This document shows, piece by piece, positions 6,782 to 12,259 of a stretch of DNA of 12,259 nucleotides. This stretch comes from an uncultured Gammaproteobacteria bacterium (lineage in GTDB: Bacteria > Patescibacteriota > Patescibacteriia > UBA2591 > UBA6264). Within the stretch, counting starts at the first letter, position 1, and the number at the start of each line of letters is the position of its first letter. Where the stretch lies: positions 1 through 12,259 of the forward strand of contig CAZTWG010000010.1 in NCBI GenBank assembly GCA_964617525.1, written 5' to 3'. The position numbers and the translations under genes were made by a program. The notes beneath the pieces were generated by a model. That model was not told the origin of the DNA. It searched no databases and saw only the letters and a list, made by a program, of their open reading frames with translations.

Positions 6782-6979
6782 TTAAGCTTTTTTGACTTGT
6801 GTTGCGGCTGGTCCTTTTGGGCTATCATTAACCTCAAAAGTTACCTCATCACCTTCTCTTAATTCACTGAAGTCGACATCCACTAATTCACTAGCGTGAA
6901 AGAATAAATCTTTTTCGCTACCTTCTTGTGTGATAAAACCGAAGTTTTTATCAGTCAACTTTTTAATAGTTCCTTGCAT
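6782..6979 (-). CDS. csp: Cold-shock domain protein (CspA family)
   Basis: MQGTIKKLTDKNFGFITQEGSEKDLFFHASEL..GDEVTFEV..SPKGPAATQV: RNP1-like (K)NFGFI and RNP2-like DLFFH motifs, 65 aa. Confidence 0.9.
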   Translation of the reverse strand: MQGTIKKLTDKNFGFITQEGSEKDLFFHASELVDVDFSELREGDEVTFEVNDSPKGPAATQVKKA

Positions 6980-7092
6980 AAGTTGAAATTATTATAATTT
7001 AATCTGTAGTAATAGATAGAAATTCGACTCTATTCCTACACTTACTAATCAGTGCTAGACTTTTAATTAAAGTTAAAACATCTAACAAAATA

Positions 7093-7120
7093 AGTATAGC
7101 AGATGGTGATTTTTTGTCAA
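7093..7120 (-). promoter_or_regulatory. Strong sigma-70 promoter for csp (minus strand)
   Basis: Minus-strand reading is TTGACA (7120-7115), 16-nt spacer, TATACT (7098-7093). The predicted TSS near 7086 gives a leader of about 105 nt before the ATG at 6979. Confidence 0.6.
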
Positions 7121-7149
7121 TTAAGTTATGTGGGTAATTTGATTTTTTC

Positions 7150-7178
7150 TTTTCATAATAATTTAATTGTGATATAAT
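7150..7178 (+). promoter_or_regulatory. Extended -10 promoter for the patatin-like gene
   Basis: TGaTATAAT at 7170-7178 (TGnTATAAT consensus), with a weak -35 TTTTCA at 7150-7155. The ATG is at 7209. Confidence 0.5.
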
Positions 7179-7208
7179 ATAAAATAAGTAAATTTTTAAC
7201 ATTAAATT

Positions 7209-8012
7209 ATGATTAGATTTAGAAAACCTAAAATTGGTTTAGCCTTAGGAAGTGGTGGGGCTAAAGGTTTAGCTCACATCGGCGTTATTAAAGTTTTAGA
7301 AAAGAATAATATCCCAATTGATTTTATCTCTGGCTCAAGTATTGGAGCATTGGTTGGGGGGATGTATGCTACTTTTAAGGATATAGATAAAATAGAAAAG
7401 ATTGCGCTCTCAACCAGCTGGCGTCAGGCTTTATCTTTATTAGATCCTGCAATGAGTTTGGGATTGCTTAGTGGCAGAAGGATGAAGACGTTTTTTGAGA
7501 AATGTATTGGTGATGTAGAATTCTCTGATTTAAAAATTCCCTTTACTGCCGTAGCTACTGATATTGAAAATGGAAAAACTATTTATTTCAACAAAGGCCA
7601 AGTAGCACTTGCAATCCGCGCGAGTGTTTCGGTCCCATTAGTTTTTAGACCAGTAGAGCATCAGGGGAAATTATTGGCTGATGGTGGTTTAACTCTCCCT
7701 ATCCCAGTAGATATACTTAAGAGTATGGGCGCTGATTTTAGTATTGCAGTAAATATAGAGGCAAATTATTTTCGTGATTGTGGAAAACAAAAAAATGCTA
7801 AAATTAGTTTTTTTAAAATAGCTAATAATTCTTTAAATATTTTACGTCATCAATTAGCTGCTTATAGTTGCGAGAAAGCAGATGTGATTATTCAACCAGA
7901 ATTAGGCAAAAATATATATTGGGATAAATTTTTGAAAGCAAAAAAAATTATTAAGATAGGTGAAGATGCGGCTACCGAGTCATTGCCAGAGATAAAGAAA
8001 CTAATAAAATAA
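7209..8012 (+). CDS. Patatin-like phospholipase (RssA-like)
   Basis: Oxyanion GSGGAKG, nucleophile elbow GSSIG (GxSxG, Ser44), catalytic Asp in ADGGL, PF01734-type order, 267 aa. Confidence 0.88.
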   Translation: MIRFRKPKIGLALGSGGAKGLAHIGVIKVLEKNNIPIDFISGSSIGALVGGMYATFKDIDKIEKIALSTSWRQALSLLDPAMSLGLLSGRRMKTFFEKCIGDVEFSDLKIPFTAVATDIENGKTIYFNKGQVALAIRASVSVPLVFRPVEHQGKLLADGGLTLPIPVDILKSMGADFSIAVNIEANYFRDCGKQKNAKISFFKIANNSLNILRHQLAAYSCEKADVIIQPELGKNIYWDKFLKAKKIIKIGEDAATESLPEIKKLIK

Positions 8013-8133
8013 TCTTATTATCAAGAGTCATTAGTTGTATTAGTTTTTGTTGATGCTTGCAATGATATATTTTCTTGTTATGCTAAATATATATAAAAAT
8101 AATTTGTATTTAATTTTTTTAACTAATTTATTT

Positions 8134-8976
8134 ATGAAGAACTTAAAATTCATTTTAATTGTATTTATGGCTTTAACACTTTTGCCCGTTAGTTCGGTCC
8201 AGGCCAGGGGATCAGAAAAACATGTGAAAAATTACGAACAAGACCCTACGGGGATTGCAGGGCAAAAGCAAGGGGAACAAAAGCAGAAAGAAAAAGCGTT
8301 ATTGTTAGAGAGTGTGCAAGTAGAAACCCTTGGTACAGATGACGAATTAGATGTAGCCCCAGAAACTTTTAAAACAGAACAAAGTAATCAAGGAGTTAAA
8401 CCGGGACGCGGGGAGGGAAAAGAAATATTATTAGACCTAAAAGAAGGGGGCAAAGATTTGGTGCATGAAGCTCAAGGAGTCGGTCAAGAAGTTGACAAAG
8501 GGAAAGCACGAAAAGCTAAATTTAGCGATGAAAAAACAGGCAAAAATAAAGAGACAATTGATAGACGGAGTAAAACAGCTAACGCTGTTCAAAAAATGCT
8601 ACGAGTCGCTGAAAGAAATGAAGGTATTGGGTCCCAAGTTAGGGAGATCGCTAGGGTCCAAAATCAAGTTCAAGAAGAAGCAGATGTTGCGTTGGGTCAA
8701 GCTAGGGGAAGAAAGAATTTTGTTAAATTTTTAATTGGAGCAAATAATTCTAGTTTAGATGTAGCCGAAAAAAAACTTATTGAACATCGGAAGAAAATAA
8801 AAGAGCTAGAGGTTGTTAAAAACCAACTAGAAGACGAGTCAGATAAAGAAATATTAACTCAACAAATTCAAGTTATGGAACAAGTAGGTTCTGAAATAGA
8901 AAAAGAAATTACAGACGAAAGGCAAGTCTTTAGTTTATTTGGTTGGTTCTCAAAATTATTCTCTAAACGGAATTAA
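8134..8976 (+). CDS. Secreted, highly charged (K/E/Q-rich) hypothetical protein
   Basis: The ORF-track start at 8047 gives an implausible hydrophobic, low-complexity N-terminus inside A/T-rich intergenic DNA. The in-frame ATG at 8134 gives a textbook signal peptide MKNLKFILIVFMALTLLPVSSVQA-RG. The rest is charged and probably helical, with an amphipathic tail FSLFGWFSKLFSKRN. Confidence 0.65.
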   Translation: MKNLKFILIVFMALTLLPVSSVQARGSEKHVKNYEQDPTGIAGQKQGEQKQKEKALLLESVQVETLGTDDELDVAPETFKTEQSNQGVKPGRGEGKEILLDLKEGGKDLVHEAQGVGQEVDKGKARKAKFSDEKTGKNKETIDRRSKTANAVQKMLRVAERNEGIGSQVREIARVQNQVQEEADVALGQARGRKNFVKFLIGANNSSLDVAEKKLIEHRKKIKELEVVKNQLEDESDKEILTQQIQVMEQVGSEIEKEITDERQVFSLFGWFSKLFSKRN

Positions 8977-8997
8977 AAAAATTGTTATTTAATAGAA

Positions 8998-9029
8998 TAA
9001 AAAACCGCCATTTATATGGTGGTTTTTTT
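8998..9029 (+). terminator. Intrinsic terminator after the 8134..8976 gene
   Basis: ACCGCCAT (9004-9011) / ATGGTGGT (9016-9023) with one G-U pair, loop TTAT, then TTTTTT. Preceded by an A-run. Confidence 0.75.
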
Positions 9030-9087
9030 ATGTTTCTTGATTGTTATTTTTTTAGAAATATGAGATAATAAAAATATAAATTAAGAT

Positions 9088-10080
9088 ATGATTATCCCAA
9101 ATAAATTAGAACTAGGTGATGAAGTAAGAATTATAGCTCCGGCTCGGAGTATGTCTTTGTTGTCCAAAGAAATCATTGCTTTGGCTAAAGAAAAAATAGA
9201 AGCGCAGGGATTCCAAGTTAGTTTTTCAGAACATTGCAATGAGTCGGACATGTTTATGTCTTCATCCATAAAATCAAGAACTGAGGATATCCATCAGGCA
9301 TTTCAAGACAAGAATGTAAAAGCAATCCTAACTGTAATTGGTGGATTTAATTCTAATCAAATTCTTTCCTATTTAGACTACAACTTGATTAAAAATAATC
9401 CTAAGATTTTATGTGGTTATTCGGACATAACAGCACTTTTGAACGCCATAACCGCTAAAACGGAGCTAATTACATATCATGGTCCTCATTTCTCAACATG
9501 GGCGATGGAAAAAGAATTTGAATATAATTTGGAATATTTTCAAAAATGTTTAATAGAAGAAGAAGGATTTGAGATAAAACCATCACTAACCTGGAGTGAT
9601 GATGCTTGGTATATAAACCAGGAAAAAAGAAATTTAATTGAGAACAAAGAAGGATTTATTGTCATCAGTGAAGGGAGGGGAGAGGGGAGAGTTTTGGGCG
9701 GTAATTTATGTACTTTTAATTTATTGCAAGGTACAGAATTTATGCCAAGCCTGACTAATTCAATTTTGTTTATAGAGGACGACAATACAGCTGGAGATTT
9801 ATTTAGCATAGAATTTGATAGAAATCTACAATCACTTATTCATCAACCGAATTTTAATAAAGTAAAGGGCATTGTTATTGGTAAGTTTCAAAAGAAGACT
9901 GACATAAATATTGATAAGCTAAGATATATTATTGATTCAAAGAAAGAATTAAAAGGAATCCCAATCGTCGCAAATGTAAATTTTGGGCACACCAACCCAA
10001 TGATTACTTTTCCTGTTGGGGGCAGGGGAATATTAAATATTGAGAATAATCAAATAGAATTAAAAATTTTAGAGCATTAA
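9088..10080 (+). CDS. LD-carboxypeptidase, peptidase S66 family (MccF/LdcA-like)
   Basis: GDEVRIIAPA.., GGFNSNQIL, nucleophile motif CGYSDITALL (Ser112, nt 9421-9423), acidic LFIEDDN, and FGHTNPMITFPVG (His). This is the Ser-His-Glu triad layout of S66. Confidence 0.85.
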   Translation: MIIPNKLELGDEVRIIAPARSMSLLSKEIIALAKEKIEAQGFQVSFSEHCNESDMFMSSSIKSRTEDIHQAFQDKNVKAILTVIGGFNSNQILSYLDYNLIKNNPKILCGYSDITALLNAITAKTELITYHGPHFSTWAMEKEFEYNLEYFQKCLIEEEGFEIKPSLTWSDDAWYINQEKRNLIENKEGFIVISEGRGEGRVLGGNLCTFNLLQGTEFMPSLTNSILFIEDDNTAGDLFSIEFDRNLQSLIHQPNFNKVKGIVIGKFQKKTDINIDKLRYIIDSKKELKGIPIVANVNFGHTNPMITFPVGGRGILNIENNQIELKILEH

Positions 10081-10093
10081 TAATTAATCTAAT

Positions 10094-11002
10094 ATGAGTA
10101 TTTTTGAGAATAATATTTGCAAAAAATCAGAGGATAGCAGTAGAAAGGAACAGCAAGAATCTGGCTCCTTGCAATCATTCATTGATGTTGTTAGAAAAGA
10201 AACAGCGGAAGTTTTGAGATTATTTAAAACAAAGTTTTTAAGCAAGAATGAAGGAATGATTTCTATAACCTCTGATGCTTTAGAGAAAAAAATATTTGAT
10301 ATAGTTGACGTAATTCGTAATGTTAAAATTAAGTCATTGGCAAAAAATAAAGATTCTCAAAAAGAAAATTCTTTACAAATAATTCTTTCCATATCCCGCC
10401 ACGATACAATAAACAAATTAGTATCTTTAATTTCTGCTATCCATCTTTTAAAAGAACATGATAATGAAGGTAACAAAGCTATCTCTGAAGAGGTTCAAAC
10501 AAATATTGCTGGGATAGAAAAAATACTTGAAAAAACAGAAGAAACAGCGCATACCATAATATCTGGAGAATCGCTTATACATAATGTGCGACAGGTGGCA
10601 GAAGACATAAAAGAAACCTATGATAACTTAAAGGTTAAAATAAATTATGATTGTCATGATAAGTGCTTAATCAAAACTAATGGTTCTTTGTATTCAGTTT
10701 TTGATAATATTTTAGCTAATGCTATCCGACACGGTCATGCGACAGAAGCTGAGATAAATATCATAGAAAAAAATAATAAAGATCTTTTAATAAAGATTAA
10801 AAATAATGGGGAAAAACTCAAAAGGGGAAGCGAAGAAAAGATATTCGAGAAAGGCTTTAAATCTAAAGAAACGGGGAACACAGGATTAGGACTTGCATTA
10901 ATAAGGGACGACATTGAAATAAGCCATGGAGAAATTAACGCCGAAAATACAAAAGATGGTGTAGAGTTTATTATTAAGTTTCCATTACTACAGAGTAAAT
11001 AA
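10094..11002 (+). CDS. Cytoplasmic histidine kinase lacking a recognisable sensor or TM domain
   Basis: H-box SISRHDTINKL (His103, nt 10400-10402). N-box LYSVFDNILANAIRHG. G1 IKNNGEKL. F-box IFEKGF. G2 GNTGLGLALI. No hydrophobic helices. It starts 13 nt after the S66 gene stop. No response regulator in the window. Confidence 0.8.
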   Translation: MSIFENNICKKSEDSSRKEQQESGSLQSFIDVVRKETAEVLRLFKTKFLSKNEGMISITSDALEKKIFDIVDVIRNVKIKSLAKNKDSQKENSLQIILSISRHDTINKLVSLISAIHLLKEHDNEGNKAISEEVQTNIAGIEKILEKTEETAHTIISGESLIHNVRQVAEDIKETYDNLKVKINYDCHDKCLIKTNGSLYSVFDNILANAIRHGHATEAEINIIEKNNKDLLIKIKNNGEKLKRGSEEKIFEKGFKSKETGNTGLGLALIRDDIEISHGEINAENTKDGVEFIIKFPLLQSK

Positions 11003-11023
11003 ACTTTCAAGAATTTGACAAAG

Positions 11024-11050
11024 TTGAGGAACTAGTTTTCTCAATTTTTT
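11024..11050 (+). terminator. Intrinsic terminator after the kinase gene
   Basis: TTGAGGAA (11024-11031) / TTTTCTCAA (11037-11044): 8 bp with one G-U pair, loop CTAGT, then TTTTTT. Confidence 0.6.
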
Positions 11051-11068
11051 AATTGTGGATAACTCTTC

Positions 11069-11097
11069 TTGACCAAAAATAGTTATGGGTATATAAT
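11069..11097 (+). promoter_or_regulatory. Near-consensus sigma-70 promoter of the DUF5320 operon
   Basis: TTGACC (11069-11074), 17-nt spacer, TATAAT (11092-11097). The predicted TSS near 11104 gives a leader of about 115 nt. Confidence 0.7.
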
Positions 11098-11116
11098 CAT
11101 AATTAATACACCTAAA

Positions 11117-11165
11117 CTTATTATGTTGTAGAGTCTTAATCCCAAGATTCTACAAGCATAATGAG
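11117..11165 (+). promoter_or_regulatory. Long imperfect hairpin or inverted repeat in the operon leader
   Basis: CTTATTATGTTGTAGAGTCTT (11117-11137) pairs with AAGATTCTACAAGCATAATGAG (11144-11165): 21 bp, 2 G-U pairs, one bulged G (11156), loop AATCCC. No U-tract follows. Confidence 0.55.
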
Positions 11166-11220
11166 CGGGCTATTGTAATTAAGTCGATACATTTTTAATT
11201 AACCTTTAACTAATAAATAT

Positions 11221-11451
11221 ATGCCAAGATATGATGGAACAGGTCCTACGGGAATGGGTGCCGGTACAGGCTGGGGCAGAGGCCCTTGTGGTGCTGGTCG
11301 TGGATCTTGTAGGGGATTTGGTGGCAGATTCGGTTTCCGCCGATTTTGGACCAAGTCAGAAGAAAAAGAATCTTTACAAGAAGAGAAAGAAATGTTGGAG
11401 AATGAAATGAAAGCAATCAAAGAGCGCTTGGACGAATTAAAAGAGAAATAG
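11221..11451 (+). CDS. DUF5320 family protein (Gly/Arg-rich N-terminus plus C-terminal coiled coil)
   Basis: MPRYDGTGPTGMGAGTGWGRGPCGAGRG..GFGGRFGFRR matches the DUF5320 hallmark MPRgDGTGP.G.GP.TGrG.G.C.G. The C-terminus is SLQEEKEMLENEMKAIKERLDELKEK. Confidence 0.8.
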   Translation: MPRYDGTGPTGMGAGTGWGRGPCGAGRGSCRGFGGRFGFRRFWTKSEEKESLQEEKEMLENEMKAIKERLDELKEK

Positions 11452-11460
11452 GAAAGATAT

Positions 11461-11501
11461 AAATATTGCTCTATTCATCCATTGATATAGAGCAATATTT
11501 T
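11461..11501 (+). terminator. Perfect 14-bp inverted repeat between cistrons (partial terminator or attenuator candidate)
   Basis: AAATATTGCTCTAT (11461-11474) / ATAGAGCAATATTT (11487-11500), 12-nt loop, with the 3' arm running into TTTTAT. The stem is A/T-rich, so it is weak. Confidence 0.45.
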
Positions 11502-11569
11502 ATCTAGACGGAATTAATAAATAAAAAATAATTTAAGAAATAGAAAGGTCATATTAAGCAAATAAACTA

Positions 11570-11776
11570 ATGTTAAATTTTATGTTTAATAGCCAAAGAT
11601 TAGGTTCTGGGATGGGTAGAGGAGGTGGTCGAGGTCGTCAGAATAAAGGGTTTAGATTAGGTCCCGGCGGGGAATGTCTATGTCCAAAGTGTGGGGCAAG
11701 GGCTCCTCACCAGACAGGAATCCCTTGTTACGAGCAAAAGTGTTCTAAATGTGGCAGTCTTATGACTAGGCCATAG
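11570..11776 (+). CDS. Small Gly/Arg-rich protein with a 6-Cys metal-binding ribbon
   Basis: [17 protein letters not shown], then [36 protein letters not shown] (CxCxxC...Cx5CxxC). The start is uncertain (ATG at 11570, 11582 or 11612). I recall similar ..CxCPKCG..xPH..G.PC....CPkCG..M.R proteins in NifX/MinD-like neighbourhoods. Confidence 0.6.
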   Translation: MLNFMFNSQRLGSGMGRGGGRGRQNKGFRLGPGGECLCPKCGARAPHQTGIPCYEQKCSKCGSLMTRP

Positions 11777-11798
11777 TAATTTCTAAATTATAAATAAA

Positions 11799-12185
11799 AT
11801 GAAAATTTGTATTTCATCAATCGGGAAAAATCTTTCTTCTAGTGTTGATCCAAGGTTTGGAAGATGTCCCTATTTTCTAATTGTGGATTCTGAGAAAGCG
11901 AAAAAGTTTAAAGTTATTGAAAATACAGGAACCCAGGCTCAGCATGGGGCTGGTGTTACAGCTGCTCAAATTATAGCTAACCAAAAGATAGATATTGCTA
12001 TTTCTGGGAATTTTGGGCCGAATGCTTATATCGTTCTATCTCAGGCAAGGATTAAGTGTTATACCGTTTCTGGTTCTATTTCTGTAAAAGAAGCGTTGCA
12101 ACTTTTAGACCAAGGAAAGCTTCAACAAATAATAAAAGCTTCTTCAGGACACCCCGATAATGGTTTTGTCGCAGAAAAAAAATAA
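11799..12185 (+). CDS. NifX/NifB-like protein (dinitrogenase iron-molybdenum cofactor biosynthesis domain, PF02579-type)
   Basis: MKICISSIGKNLSSSVDPRFGRCPYFLIVDSE...VIENTG...GAGVTAAQIIANQKIDIAISGNFGPNAYIVLSQARIKCY...SVKEALQLLDQGKL matches the family pattern (..hFGrapyFlivD.., GaG..aa..L...gvd.vi....GP.A...L..aGI.vy). Confidence 0.85.
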   Translation: MKICISSIGKNLSSSVDPRFGRCPYFLIVDSEKAKKFKVIENTGTQAQHGAGVTAAQIIANQKIDIAISGNFGPNAYIVLSQARIKCYTVSGSISVKEALQLLDQGKLQQIIKASSGHPDNGFVAEKK

Positions 12186-12206
12186 TGTAGTAAATGTAAA
12201 AACCTA

Positions 12207-12259
12207 ATGAAAAAGGGGAAAATCCGAAAAATTGCTATCAGCGGGGGGAAGGGAGGGAC
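12207..12259 (+). CDS. Start of a MinD/Mrp/ParA-type P-loop ATPase, 3' end outside the window
   Basis: MKKGKIRKIAISGGKGGT.. is the beginning of a deviant Walker A (GKGGxGK[ST]). Only 17 codons are visible. Confidence 0.55.
   Translation, partial: MKKGKIRKIAISGGKGG

Noticed and set aside
6999-7202. 67-aa minus-strand ORF in the csp/patatin divergent region
   Set aside because: It overlaps both predicted promoters and the csp leader. The sequence is low-complexity and has no family resemblance.
8047-8133. ORF-track start for the 309-aa protein
   Set aside because: The upstream extension (MLMLAMIYFLVMLNIYKNNLYLIFLTNLF) is a translation of A/T-rich intergenic DNA. The internal ATG at 8134 yields a canonical signal peptide.
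8465-8734. Same-strand overlapping 89-aa Lys-rich ORF
   Set aside because: This is an alternate frame of a purine-rich (K/E/Q codon) gene. Open frames are expected from that composition.
9081-11010. Minus-strand ORFs 9081..9269, 9540..9809 and 10735..11010
   Set aside because: They are antisense shadows of the S66 peptidase and kinase genes.
11199-11420. 73-aa Pro-rich minus-strand ORF
   Set aside because: It is the mirror image of the Gly-rich (GGN) region of the DUF5320 gene (CCN codons on the opposite strand). The + strand product has the recognisable family signature.
1-12259. Alternative genetic code (for example TGA recoding as in some CPR lineages)
   Set aside because: All recognisable genes are full-length and end at sensible positions under the standard code, and none shows an in-frame TGA.

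Overview
AT-rich bacterial window (roughly two-thirds A+T by eye), standard genetic code, mostly + strand genes. No predicted start codon has a Shine-Dalgarno motif upstream. This, plus rubrerythrin and NifX-like genes, suggests an uncultivated low-GC anaerobe, possibly CPR/Patescibacteria-like; that placement is inference only. Contents in order: the 3' part of rpoD (runs off the left edge); tRNA-Asn(GTT) with a terminator; a roughly 150-bp MITE-like relic; an HExxH protein; a 430-bp non-coding stretch; a small membrane ORF; a decayed IS200-like/RAYT-type transposase gene between inverted REP-like ends; a secreted and anchored protein; a 73-bp unit repeated three times in tandem that ends exactly at the rubrerythrin ATG; rubrerythrin plus a 2-TM protein; a fourth copy of the same unit, with a different GC-rich core, ending exactly at the ATG of a DUF4013-like membrane gene followed by a YjdF/DUF2238-like membrane gene; a convergent cold-shock gene with a long leader; a patatin-like phospholipase; a secreted highly charged protein; an S66 LD-carboxypeptidase (MccF/LdcA-like) directly followed by a sensor-less histidine kinase; and an operon with a strong promoter and structured leader encoding DUF5320, a Gly/Arg-rich 6-Cys protein, a NifX/NifB-like protein and the start of a MinD/Mrp-type ATPase (runs off the right edge). 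The most notable items are the portable promoter/leader cassette, the RAYT/REP decay series next to the tRNA, and the function-unknown DUF5320 cluster. No CRISPR array, rRNA or intact transposase was seen.
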